From positions 1-62,398 of the forward strand of contig JAGGUZ010000016.1 in the NCBI GenBank assembly GCA_021158225.1: a stretch of DNA of 62,398 nucleotides. Reading direction: 5' to 3'. Position numbers and translations under genes: made by a program. The notes under the pieces are model-generated. The model searched no databases, was not told where the DNA came from, and saw only the letters and a program-made list of their open reading frames with translations. This document shows positions 20,813 to 30,458 of this stretch, in pieces (position 1 is the stretch's first letter; every line of letters starts with the position of its first letter). This stretch comes from a bacterium. GTDB lineage: Bacteria; Patescibacteriota; Gracilibacteria; UBA1369; PNNO01.

Positions 20813-21616
20813 ATGATACTTCCGATAATTGCACTTTTTATTTTTGGAACAATGTTCGGAAGTTTTTTAAGTGTAATTAATTATAGAATTAGAAAAAATG
20901 AAAAAGGTATATTTTTTGGAAGATCAAAATGTCCCTATTGCCATAAAAACTTAAAAGCATATCAACTTATTCCAATAATTTCTTATTTCGTAGGCGGAGG
21001 GAAATGTATGTTTTGCAAGAAAAAAATAAGTATCACCTATCCCCTGTTGGAACTTGCCGGAGGACTAACTCTTGTTAGTTTATTTATATATGAACCTTTT
21101 ATTAAATTAACATTTTCAGGGATACAATATTTTGCCCTACCATCACTGTTGTATTTTTTGTATCTAAGTTTTATAGGTTTTTGTTTCATCGGAATATTTT
21201 TTTACGATATTCAATATCTCGAAATACCGGAAATCTATACTTTCCCGGCAATTGCATTAGTTTTTTTATGGGGAATTTTCGGGACAACATTATCTCTATA
21301 CGACAGCGCAATAGGAGGTGCTCTTGCAGGTATATTCTTCGGGATACAAGTGCTAATAAGCAAAGAAAAGTGGCTTGGAGCCGGCGATTTGCAACTCGGG
21401 ATTTTAATAGGACTGTTCTTTGGATGGAAATTATTTTTACTGGCTTTATTTATAATTTATTTTATCGGACTTATAATTACATTAATTTTAATGGCAACAA
21501 AAAAAGTTAAACGAACATCAAAAATTCCATTTGCACCATTTTTAATAATGGGAAGTTTTATAACGCTTTTTTTCGGTAAATCTATTTTAAATTTTTATAT
21601 AAACACATTTCTTTAA
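20813..21616 (+). CDS. pilD: Type IV prepilin peptidase (A24)
   Basis: GSFLSV, RSKCPYC, GKCMFC, FYD, LGAGD, IPFAPFL. Confidence 0.9.
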   Translation: MILPIIALFIFGTMFGSFLSVINYRIRKNEKGIFFGRSKCPYCHKNLKAYQLIPIISYFVGGGKCMFCKKKISITYPLLELAGGLTLVSLFIYEPFIKLTFSGIQYFALPSLLYFLYLSFIGFCFIGIFFYDIQYLEIPEIYTFPAIALVFLWGIFGTTLSLYDSAIGGALAGIFFGIQVLISKEKWLGAGDLQLGILIGLFFGWKLFLLALFIIYFIGLIITLILMATKKVKRTSKIPFAPFLIMGSFITLFFGKSILNFYINTFL

Positions 21617-21628
21617 ACAAAACCTTCT

Positions 21629-23149
21629 ATGGAAAATAAAGCTCTTTTAATTATACTTGATGGATACGGCGAAGGTAAAAAATACAAAGGCAACGCTGTT
21701 ACCAATGCAAAAACACCAAATATAAATAATCTTAAAAAGACTTATCCAAAAAGTTTATTAAATACAAGCGGGAATGCAGTTGGTCTCCCAAAAGGATTTA
21801 TGGGAGGATCCGAAGTTGGACACTATACCATCGGTGCGGGAAAAGTAGTTTGGCAATCTTTGGAAGAAATAAATAGAAGTATTAAAAATAAAAAATTCTT
21901 TAAGAAAAAGGAATTTAAAATCGCAATAAAAAATGTAAAAAAGAATAAATCAAAATTACATTTAATAGGCATGGTATCCGACCAAGGAGTACATAGTGAT
22001 TACAGACATCTTTTTGCCTTACTTGAACTCGCAAAAAAATATAAATTAAAAGAAGTTTATATCCACGCATTTACGGATGGCAGAGACGTCCCAGCTAAAT
22101 CAGGCGAGAAATTTTTTAAACATATTAAAGAAGAAATAAAAACAATCGGCATCGGAAAACTTGCAACAATGGTGGGAAGATTTTACGCAATGGACAGAGA
22201 TAATAATTGGAAGAGAACACAAAAAGCATACGACCTGCTAACTCTTGGAAAAGGAGTTAAAGGAACAGACCCCATAATCTCGTTAAAAAAACAATATGAG
22301 AAAGGAATAGAATCGGATTATTACATAAAACCGGTTGTTTTTGATAAAGACGGCGTAATAGAAAATGATGACAGCGTGATTTTCTTCAATTACAGAAGCG
22401 ATAGAGCAAGTCAATTAACAGATGCATTTACTAAACCAAGATTTAAAGGTTTTAAAGAAAAGAAGAAAATTCGTCCATATTTTGTTTGTTTCGGTCCTTA
22501 TTCAAATATAGCTCCAGTTGTATTCCCAGCTCCAGTTATAAAAACAAATTTGGGAAGAATAATAAGTAAAAAGAAATTTCCGCAATTAAGATTGGCCGAA
22601 ACGGAAAAATATGCGCATGTAACATTCTTCTTTAACAGCCAAAATAAAAAACCTTATCCGCTTGAAAAACGAATACTGATTCCATCCCTCAAGGTTGCTT
22701 CTTACGCTGAAAAACCGGAAATGAGTGCATTTGGAATTAAAGACGCACTTATTAATCAAATTAAGAAAAAGGATTTTAAATTAATAGTTGTAAATTTTGC
22801 AAATGGAGATTTGGTTGGACATTCCGGAGATTATAAAGCAACTGTTAAAGGCATTGAGACACTAGACAAATGTATAGGCGAGATTATACCAGTGGCTCAA
22901 GAGAAAGGATATGACATACTTCTAACGGCGGATCATGGAAATTCCGAATATATGATATATCCAAATGGAGAACCTTGTCCTTCACACACGTTGAATCCCG
23001 TACAATTTATTCTTATTTCGGAAAAATATAAAAGTGTTAAGCTAAAGAAGCGTGGAGGACTTTGTAACGTAGCTCCAACAATACTTAGTTTGTTAAAAAT
23101 AAAAAAACCACGTAGTATGACCTGCGACTCCCTAATTATTAAGAAGTAA
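21629..23149 (+). CDS. gpmI: 2,3-bisphosphoglycerate-independent phosphoglycerate mutase
   Basis: LIILDGYG, GGSEVGH, DGRD, AETEKYAHVTFF, DLVGHSG, TADHGN. Confidence 0.96.
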   Translation: MENKALLIILDGYGEGKKYKGNAVTNAKTPNINNLKKTYPKSLLNTSGNAVGLPKGFMGGSEVGHYTIGAGKVVWQSLEEINRSIKNKKFFKKKEFKIAIKNVKKNKSKLHLIGMVSDQGVHSDYRHLFALLELAKKYKLKEVYIHAFTDGRDVPAKSGEKFFKHIKEEIKTIGIGKLATMVGRFYAMDRDNNWKRTQKAYDLLTLGKGVKGTDPIISLKKQYEKGIESDYYIKPVVFDKDGVIENDDSVIFFNYRSDRASQLTDAFTKPRFKGFKEKKKIRPYFVCFGPYSNIAPVVFPAPVIKTNLGRIISKKKFPQLRLAETEKYAHVTFFFNSQNKKPYPLEKRILIPSLKVASYAEKPEMSAFGIKDALINQIKKKDFKLIVVNFANGDLVGHSGDYKATVKGIETLDKCIGEIIPVAQEKGYDILLTADHGNSEYMIYPNGEPCPSHTLNPVQFILISEKYKSVKLKKRGGLCNVAPTILSLLKIKKPRSMTCDSLIIKK

Positions 23150-23155
23150 ACTTAG

Positions 23156-24232
23156 ATGAAAGCTGTAATACTTGCCGGTGGAATAGGTTCAAGATTGTGG
23201 CCTATGAGTAGAAATAGCAAGCCGAAACAATTTCAGAAAATTACCGGAGACAAAACGATGATTCAAGAAACATGCGACAGATTATCGTTCTTAAACCCCG
23301 AGGATATTTTTATAGCAACAAATAAGAATTTCTTCGAGGATATCCTTCTTCAACAATTACCGGATATCCCCTCAAACAACATAATTTTGGAACCGGCACT
23401 CAGAGATACGGCTACTTGCATAGGCTTTGCCGCAATGAAACTGAGCCTTATAGACCCGGAAGATGTAATGGTTGTTATTTACGCCGATCATTTAGTAAAG
23501 GATCCAAATCAATTTATAGAAAAGTTAGAAGTCGCGGAACAAATTGCAAAAGATGGAAAAACATTAAACATTATTGAAGTTAAAGCAAGATTTCCAAATG
23601 TTAATCTTGGATATGTTCATACAGGCAAAAAGATCGAAGAAATAAACGGAAACGATGTTCTTGAATTTAAAGGCTTTACGGAGAAACCGGATATAAAAAA
23701 GGCCAAAGAATTTATTAAATCGGGGAACTATCTATGGAACACGGGGATGTATGTTTGGAGAGTAGATACGATTTTGGAAAAATACAAAAAACATCTTCCG
23801 GATACATACAAAAAATTGATGAAAATGAAGCAAGCTATCGGAAGCGCAAATGAAGAAGCGATAATCAGAAAAGAATATAGTTCATGCGAGAAAATCTCAA
23901 TCGACTATGCAATAATGGAGAAAGTTGATCCAAATGAAGTTAGAATAATTCCGGCCAACTTCGGATGGAGCGATGTTGGCACATGGGAATCTATTCACGA
24001 CGAGCTTGTGAAAACCCCTGAAGAAAACATTTTTCAGGCAAAACAAGTATCTATCGATACAAAAGGATCGCTTATAAAAGCTGAGAATCCTGAAAAAATA
24101 ATAGCAACTATTGGGCTTGAAAATATTATAGTTATAGATACGACCGATGCACTTTTGATTTGCCCAAAGGATAGAAGCCAAGATGTAAAGAAAATTGTCA
24201 AGCTACTCAGGGATAAAAAAGAGTATTTATAG
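23156..24232 (+). CDS. manC: Mannose-1-phosphate guanylyltransferase
   Basis: LAGGIGSRLWPMSR..PKQF, FTEKP, WNTGMY, SIDYAIMEK, WSDVGTW. Confidence 0.92.
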   Translation: MKAVILAGGIGSRLWPMSRNSKPKQFQKITGDKTMIQETCDRLSFLNPEDIFIATNKNFFEDILLQQLPDIPSNNIILEPALRDTATCIGFAAMKLSLIDPEDVMVVIYADHLVKDPNQFIEKLEVAEQIAKDGKTLNIIEVKARFPNVNLGYVHTGKKIEEINGNDVLEFKGFTEKPDIKKAKEFIKSGNYLWNTGMYVWRVDTILEKYKKHLPDTYKKLMKMKQAIGSANEEAIIRKEYSSCEKISIDYAIMEKVDPNEVRIIPANFGWSDVGTWESIHDELVKTPEENIFQAKQVSIDTKGSLIKAENPEKIIATIGLENIIVIDTTDALLICPKDRSQDVKKIVKLLRDKKEYL

Positions 24233-24287
24233 CTTTCCAAGTGAAATAATTTACCGTATAGTATGTGCGCATTAATATATTGATGGT

Positions 24288-24704
24288 ATGAATCAAGGAG
24301 GTACACACGCTATTCAAGTTAAATTAAAACCTTGGGGAAAAGAAATCTGGTTTGCACAAAATAGCCACTATGCCGGTAAGATTTTAGAAATAAAGAAAGG
24401 ACATCGTTATTCGTTGCAATATCACGAGAAAAAAGAAGAAACCCAGTATATTTATTCCGGTTTGGTTAAAATGACATACGGAGATAATAAAAATGATTTA
24501 AAAGAAATAATATTACATCCCGGAGATAAGTTTGATATACACCCATATACTATTCATCGCGCACAAGCTATTGAGGATACGCAAATTTTTGAAGTTTCAA
24601 CCCCACATTTAACAGATGTTGTAAAGCTACACGATGACTATGGACGTAGCGGAAAAGGCAATAATGAAAAATTGGATGAAAAGTTACACAATAAACAAAA
24701 TTAA
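24288..24704 (+). CDS. Cupin protein (type II phosphomannose-isomerase-like)
   Basis: KPWG, SLQYH..K.E, IHR, EVSTP..DVV.L.DDYGR; directly follows manC. Confidence 0.8.
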   Translation: MNQGGTHAIQVKLKPWGKEIWFAQNSHYAGKILEIKKGHRYSLQYHEKKEETQYIYSGLVKMTYGDNKNDLKEIILHPGDKFDIHPYTIHRAQAIEDTQIFEVSTPHLTDVVKLHDDYGRSGKGNNEKLDEKLHNKQN

Positions 24705-24732
24705 AATTTTATATACCTAAACCATACATAAA

Positions 24733-27700
24733 ATGAAAATGAAAGGAAAGTTACTAGGAAAGGTTCTAATTATTCTGGTTGTGGCAGTTGTGCTTGGAAT
24801 TATAGACCTACCGCCGGAAACAAAAAGTCCATATGTAAGTTGGGCACCGGATTATATTAAGAATCAAAAAGTTAGTCTAGGTCTTGATTTACAAGGTGGA
24901 GCAGAGCTCGACTATAAAATCGATCTTAGAAAAGTTCCGGAATCGGATAAAAAATCCATAGTTGACGGTGTGAAAGAAATTATAAACAGACGTGTAAACG
25001 GTCTTGGCGTATCAGAACCAAATATTTTTGTTTCAGAGATAGCTGGAGAAAGCCATATAGTAGTTGATCTTGCCGGCGTTAACGTTGATGAAGCAAAAGG
25101 TATTATAGGAAAAACAATTCAGTTGGAATTTAAGGAGAAAAAAGACAAAATAGACCCGAATGAAAAACAAAAGATTGAAGAGGAGGCAAATGATACACTG
25201 CAGAAAATAAAAGACGGTGCCGATTTTGCGGTTACAGGGAAAGAAGAAGAACAATCGAATCCGGAGCGAGTAACCTACAGTGAAGTCGATTGGAAATTTA
25301 AAGATGAAGTAAATAAAAGTATAGCCGATAAATTATTTTCTCTATCTCCTGGAGAATATTACGACGGAACAATTGAAAGCAGTGGTGAATACAGCGTTAC
25401 TCCAGATGGACAGTTTGTTGAAATGACAGGGGTAAATATTATTAAACTCATTGATAAACAAGAAGTTGAAAGAACAGTAAAAAACAAACGGAAAGTATTT
25501 GTAAGTCATCTGCTTGTCTCTTATTCCGGGGCAAAAAGAGCCGATCCATCTATAACCAGAACAAAAGAAGAAGCATATAAGCGTGCTCAAGAAGCTCTTG
25601 ATAAAATTAAGTCGGGAGGAGATTTTGCAACAATCGCAAATGAATATACAGATGATCCAAGTAATGGAGGTACTAAAGGTGGTGTGCTCACGTCTCCTGC
25701 CGGGGACGGGCAATATGCAGATGCTTTTGAATCAGCCTCTCTTGCATTACAAAGCAAAGATGACTTAAGCGACATTGTAGAAACAGGTTTTGGATACCAT
25801 ATTATAAAAGCCGATAACATAGAACCGGCTTCTGAAGAAACAAATAAAGAAGAACAAATTAAATATGCCAAGATTTTCTATTCAACAATGCCAAGCGAAT
25901 GGAAGACCACAGGTTTAACAGGAGAACACTTTGTACATGCCGATGTTAAATTTAATCAAGTATATCAACCTTACGTTTCAATCCAGTTTAATAGTGAAGG
26001 TGCAAAACTTTTTACGGATATCACGGAAAGAAATATAAATAAGCCTCTTGCTATTTTCGTTGGTGGAGATATGATCTCGGCTCCAACCGTAAGAGGTAAA
26101 ATAAGTGGAGGCCAAGCCCAAATAGAAGGAAATTTTTCCGTTAAAGAAGCAACTGACCTCGCCAGAGATTTAAATACGGGAGCTATCCCCGCTCCTATTG
26201 TTCTTGCCGGACAATATACAATCGGATCTACACTCGGACATGATGCTCTTACAAAAAGTTTGGGAGCAGGTATTCTAGGGCTTATCATCTTGGCAATTTA
26301 CATGATTTTATACTACAGAGCCTTCGGTTTTATGGCTATTATCGCACTTGGGATTTACTCAACTATCTTAATTTTCTTAATTCAAAGCAAACTCAGTACT
26401 TTCGTCGCTGTTATTATTGCTGTCTCAATGTTTGTATTTCTCATGATGAAAATACTGAACAATAAAGACAACGGATGGGAAAAATTATTAACATCAGTTC
26501 TTGCTGTTTTTGCCTTATTCTTCATAGTTTTCTTACTTGCAAATCCAATTGTACTTACCCTTGCCGGCGTAGCTGGTGTAGTACTTTCAATTGGTATGGC
26601 AGTAGATGCAAACATACTTATATTTGAACGTATTAAGGAAGAAATTAAAGATGGCAGAACGCTTGGCTCTGCAATAGATATAGGCTTCGGTAGAGCTTGG
26701 ACAAGTATTCGCGACAGTAATTTCTCATCACTTATTACATGTGCCATTTTGTTCTACTTTGGAAGTTCAATTATCCAAGGATTCGCATTTAACCTTGCGG
26801 CAGGTATTTTGGTTTCAATGTTTACAGCCATTATGATTACCAAAGTGCTATTAAAAACACTTGTCGGAACAAAAATCGCTAATAATGCATTTTTAATCGG
26901 AGCAAAAGAAACTAATAAAAAGAGAAGAATTCTTCCTATTATCAAAAATTCTAAAATTTGGTTGGGATTTTCAGGAACAATTATTGCAATAGCATTTGTA
27001 TCGATGGTTGTATTTGGACTTAGACTCGGTATAGATTTTACAGGTGGAACTTTAATGCAATTAAAATTCGAAAATGAAATTTCTCAAGAAGATTTAAAAT
27101 CATCTTTGGAAGAAATAGGACGAGAACTGGATGGCACTAAAGCTGCACAAGCAGATTCAACAGATACGAAATCACCGGTTGTAGAAAAAACACCAAAAGC
27201 AACTACACCAAAAGGAACAATAACAAAAGAAGAAGCAGAAGGAACTGATGAAAACAGCACATTAACCAAATCGGTTGAAAATGTTGATTTTAGCAATGCC
27301 TCAATTATCTCATCAAACGAAGGATATATAATTAAATCAAAATATATTTCTTCCGAAGCCCATGATGCAGTACTGGCAAAACTTAAAGATAAATTTGGAA
27401 ACTTTGAAGAAACAAGATTTACAACCGTTGGTCCAACCGTTGGAGATACCATGAAATATAAAGCGACAATAGCCTTGTTAATAGCCATATTAGCAATTGT
27501 ATTTTATATAGCTTTTGCTTTCCGAAAAATACCAAGAAATATCAGTCCATGGAGATTCGGTATTAGCGCCATTATAGCTCTTGCACATGACATTCTATTT
27601 GTAGTCGGAATATATGCAATCTTGGGATTCTTCTTTAAAGTGGAAATAGACGCACTGTTTATCACCGCATTATTAACTATTTTAGGATTCTCCGTACATG

Positions 27701-27996
27701 ATACAATTGTTGTATTCGACAGACTACGTGAGAACCTAAAGAACATGAGCAGAGAAGTAAGTTTTGGAGACGTAGCAAACGAAGCGTTAAACCAAACAAT
27801 GGCTAGATCATTAAATACTTCAATCTCGACATTGTTTACTCTTTGTGCGCTTTTAGTCCTTGGCAGTAGTTCAATATTTTACTTTGTACTGGCTCTTGTA
27901 CTTGGAACTGTAATTGGAACATATTCTTCAATTTTCGTTGCCAGTCCTATACTTGTTATATGGCATAACAAAGCCATGAAACAAAAGCAACATTGA
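24733..27996 (+). CDS. secDF: Fused protein translocase SecDF with inserted parvulin-type PPIase domain(s)
   Basis: LGLDLQGG, RRVNGLGVSEP, GMAVDANILIFERIKEE (SecD); GIDFTGGT, GFSVHDTIVVFDRLREN, RSLNTS, GTYSSIF (SecF); parvulin SHLLV..GFGYHIIK. Confidence 0.93.
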   Translation: MKMKGKLLGKVLIILVVAVVLGIIDLPPETKSPYVSWAPDYIKNQKVSLGLDLQGGAELDYKIDLRKVPESDKKSIVDGVKEIINRRVNGLGVSEPNIFVSEIAGESHIVVDLAGVNVDEAKGIIGKTIQLEFKEKKDKIDPNEKQKIEEEANDTLQKIKDGADFAVTGKEEEQSNPERVTYSEVDWKFKDEVNKSIADKLFSLSPGEYYDGTIESSGEYSVTPDGQFVEMTGVNIIKLIDKQEVERTVKNKRKVFVSHLLVSYSGAKRADPSITRTKEEAYKRAQEALDKIKSGGDFATIANEYTDDPSNGGTKGGVLTSPAGDGQYADAFESASLALQSKDDLSDIVETGFGYHIIKADNIEPASEETNKEEQIKYAKIFYSTMPSEWKTTGLTGEHFVHADVKFNQVYQPYVSIQFNSEGAKLFTDITERNINKPLAIFVGGDMISAPTVRGKISGGQAQIEGNFSVKEATDLARDLNTGAIPAPIVLAGQYTIGSTLGHDALTKSLGAGILGLIILAIYMILYYRAFGFMAIIALGIYSTILIFLIQSKLSTFVAVIIAVSMFVFLMMKILNNKDNGWEKLLTSVLAVFALFFIVFLLANPIVLTLAGVAGVVLSIGMAVDANILIFERIKEEIKDGRTLGSAIDIGFGRAWTSIRDSNFSSLITCAILFYFGSSIIQGFAFNLAAGILVSMFTAIMITKVLLKTLVGTKIANNAFLIGAKETNKKRRILPIIKNSKIWLGFSGTIIAIAFVSMVVFGLRLGIDFTGGTLMQLKFENEISQEDLKSSLEEIGRELDGTKAAQADSTDTKSPVVEKTPKATTPKGTITKEEAEGTDENSTLTKSVENVDFSNASIISSNEGYIIKSKYISSEAHDAVLAKLKDKFGNFEETRFTTVGPTVGDTMKYKATIALLIAILAIVFYIAFAFRKIPRNISPWRFGISAIIALAHDILFVVGIYAILGFFFKVEIDALFITALLTILGFSVHDTIVVFDRLRENLKNMSREVSFGDVANEALNQTMARSLNTSISTLFTLCALLVLGSSSIFYFVLALVLGTVIGTYSSIFVASPILVIWHNKAMKQKQH

Positions 27997-28032
27997 TGAT
28001 ATTGATGATTTCGTCCATATTGTGATATTATT

Positions 28033-28060
28033 AGCAGGCTCATTTATGAGCCTGCTTTTT
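28033..28060 (+). terminator. Probable intrinsic terminator after secDF
   Basis: Perfect 10-bp stem AGCAGGCTCA-ttta-TGAGCCTGCT followed by TTTT. Confidence 0.65.
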
Positions 28061-28087
28061 AGCAATTAACAATTAGTAATTACCCAT

Positions 28088-28164
28088 GCGCTCGTAGCTC
28101 AACTGGATAGAGCACTGGTCTTCGGAACCAGGGGTTGGGGGTTCGAATCCCTCCGGGCGTACCA
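28088..28164 (+). tRNA. tRNA-Arg (anticodon TCG), encoded CCA
   Basis: Acceptor GCGCTCG/CGGGCGT + ACCA; D-arm GCTC..GAGC; anticodon stem CTGGT/ACCAG with loop CT-TCG-GA; T-loop GTTCGAATC. Confidence 0.96.
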
Positions 28165-28197
28165 TATAATAAACACCATTTAATAAACATCATTCTA

Positions 28198-29364
28198 ATG
28201 AACAAAGGATTCTCTATCACCAAAGTAATCATCGTCTTATTTTTTATTACTGCACTTGGAGTTGGCGGATATTACGGATATACAAATTATATTGCTCCAA
28301 CATTAACATTAAATCCAAATACGCCATTCATTCCGACAAATCTTCAAGAATACGCTCAAGGTGAAAATGCGGAAATTTTCTTAATTTTCAACGATGAAAA
28401 TTCACAATTTTCGAGTTTACTTAAAAACTTAGACATTCCAGAAGAATCAGATATAAAGTTAAAATCTGCTTTAGTACTTGTTAATTATTCACTCAAATGT
28501 GGCTCTGCAGCTCTTGAATTCGAATCATCCGATGCCACAGGGAAATTTAAAGAAATTCTAAAAGAAAAACTAAAAAACACCGAAAAAGAAAAAATTACTG
28601 TCAATCAAAAAGATAAGATATTAACAGTTTCTATTAACGATAATGGAAATTGCTTAAGAGGCAATTTAAAAGACAATCCTTTATTTAAAAGTCTTGATCC
28701 GAAATATGAAGATAATCAAATTGTTTTTGCAGTTAATAATGAAGAGCTCTCAACTTTAACAATGATGCTATCAGGATCTATGAATACCATTTTGAGAAGC
28801 TCACAATTCCAATCTAGTATTCAAAAGGCACATGCCCAAATAATACAATCTTCAAATACCCCTACGATCAAGACTGCTATACCATCAAAAGAAACTAATG
28901 ATACGACAACAAAGTTAATGAATATCTTGCCTATACTGCTAAATAGTACGACCGGCTACTTGAAATTAGAAGATTCAAAAGCTAATTTAACGATAAAAAT
29001 TAGAATTATGGATAAAAAGTCGTTAGAAGAATCAGCTATATTTAAACGATATTTCAAAACCGGAATAGATGAATTCTACGAAGACATGGATAAAATAATT
29101 AATGAAGATCTAAATAAGAAATTTGAGGAAATGAAAAAAAATAATGGAAAGACAAATAGTGCTCATGCCCATTATGAAAATGGTACAATAGCAATAACTG
29201 TAAATTTCGATATTAAAGACCTAAAAAATTTACCTTCATCTCCGCTATCACCAATAATAAACGGTCCATCACAAGCAAGAGATACCTCAAGAATGGATCA
29301 ACTTGAATTACCTCCTAAACTAAAACAAGAACCTATAAAAGTTAAAAGAAAACCCGTCGAGTAG
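28198..29364 (+). CDS. Hypothetical membrane-anchored exported protein
   Basis: The track's start (28135) lies inside the tRNA; ATG 28198 gives MNKGFSITKVIIVLFFITALGVGGYYGY TM segment. Confidence 0.75.
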   Translation: MNKGFSITKVIIVLFFITALGVGGYYGYTNYIAPTLTLNPNTPFIPTNLQEYAQGENAEIFLIFNDENSQFSSLLKNLDIPEESDIKLKSALVLVNYSLKCGSAALEFESSDATGKFKEILKEKLKNTEKEKITVNQKDKILTVSINDNGNCLRGNLKDNPLFKSLDPKYEDNQIVFAVNNEELSTLTMMLSGSMNTILRSSQFQSSIQKAHAQIIQSSNTPTIKTAIPSKETNDTTTKLMNILPILLNSTTGYLKLEDSKANLTIKIRIMDKKSLEESAIFKRYFKTGIDEFYEDMDKIINEDLNKKFEEMKKNNGKTNSAHAHYENGTIAITVNFDIKDLKNLPSSPLSPIINGPSQARDTSRMDQLELPPKLKQEPIKVKRKPVE

Positions 29365-29415
29365 TACAGAATTAAAAGATAGCATTTAATATTTGAATAC
29401 TTAATCACATATAAA

Positions 29416-29727
29416 ATGGCCGGAGAAATAATACAAGCGGAAACAACCAAAGATGCTGAAGATCAGCTTCTGGCTATTTACCGTAAAAAAAGTATAAATC
29501 TTGATATGATAACACGTGAACAATACGAAAGTTATGATTTTTCCGAACATGAAGACAGTGATAATCATTTAAATATCGAAAGGCTTGGGAAAGATACAAG
29601 AATTGTAGATTTAGCCTACTACAAATTCTTACCTGAACGAAAAACAGCTTACAAAATCGATCTTATAGACGAAAACCAAAAACTAAAAAAACAATTCTTT
29701 TTTGTTATGCTTCCATTGGAAGATTAA
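29416..29727 (+). CDS. Hypothetical protein
   Basis: 103-aa ORF with normal composition filling the gap; no recognised motif. Confidence 0.65.
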   Translation: MAGEIIQAETTKDAEDQLLAIYRKKSINLDMITREQYESYDFSEHEDSDNHLNIERLGKDTRIVDLAYYKFLPERKTAYKIDLIDENQKLKKQFFFVMLPLED

Positions 29728-30320
29728 ATCTTTTTAAACTGCGATAATCGAAGTGATCTTTGAATCCTTCCTTGGTTGTACAATTTTGAGAATAGCGAAA
29801 TTCCATGCTCAAATGCACTATAAGTAAATGTTCGAGTAGACACGGCATTAAGCAAAATATTCAGAATTTCTCCCCAAACTCTTTCGTACTTATTTTTTTG
29901 TATACAAATATCTTCTCTTATTGTCGAAGATTTTCCGTGATAAATTTTTCCCCTATATACCCCTGCGTGTTCTGTTACGTATTCATACAAAGCTCCGCGG
30001 GAAATTCCTATGTAATCCATAATATATTCCCAAATATCTTCATATCTCTTATCTTCCAATCCGAAAGCTTCTTTTATTGCAGTAGGTCCATGTTCAACAA
30101 AAAGATTATGGATATAAGCAGTATTATTTCTAACACAATGTTTCACAACTTCCTTTTCAAAGACAAGATAATCAAAAATTACCTTCCAGAGCTCATTGGA
30201 TTTAACATTCAATTTTTCTCTAAGCCCATCCGGCCCATATTCCAAATAATTATGCACAAGCTTATCGTCATACTTTTTTAATATCGAATAAAATTTATTT
30301 CGTTTATGTCGTGAATTCAT
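29724..30320 (-). CDS. Hypothetical protein with three internal ~50-aa helical repeats
   Basis: Repeats YGPDGLRE..LWKVIFDYL / HGPTAIKE..IWEYIMDYI / GKSSTIRE..VWGEILNIL; ATG 30320. Confidence 0.75.
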   Translation of the reverse strand: MNSRHKRNKFYSILKKYDDKLVHNYLEYGPDGLREKLNVKSNELWKVIFDYLVFEKEVVKHCVRNNTAYIHNLFVEHGPTAIKEAFGLEDKRYEDIWEYIMDYIGISRGALYEYVTEHAGVYRGKIYHGKSSTIREDICIQKNKYERVWGEILNILLNAVSTRTFTYSAFEHGISLFSKLYNQGRIQRSLRLSQFKKI

Positions 30321-30458
30321 ATTATTGCGAGTCAAAGGATGATACTATTACACTTTTTAAGAATTTTGTCAAGCCGTGTAGGGAATCCCCTTTTAATAAT
30401 CAAAAAAAACAATTATAGTTATTTCTCGGTTTTATAATCTAAATTCAATTTAAACTAT

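Noticed and set aside
24264-24291. dif-like sequence TGTGCGCATTA-ATATAT-TGATGGTATGA
   Set aside because: Left arm resembles the E. coli XerC arm (9/11), but the normally best-conserved XerD arm matches only 6/11. It overlaps the cupin start codon and gene orientation does not switch here.
28135-28197. ORF-track start for the 409-aa protein
   Set aside because: Lies inside the tRNA gene; ATG 28198 gives a sensible N-terminal TM.
29805-30281. 158-aa plus-strand ORF
   Set aside because: Shadow of the minus-strand repeat protein; F/I/S-rich antisense composition.
28165-30458. Possible tRNA-anchored genomic island (three hypothetical genes after tRNA-Arg)
   Set aside because: No integrase, no duplicated tRNA 3' end seen, and no obvious compositional shift.
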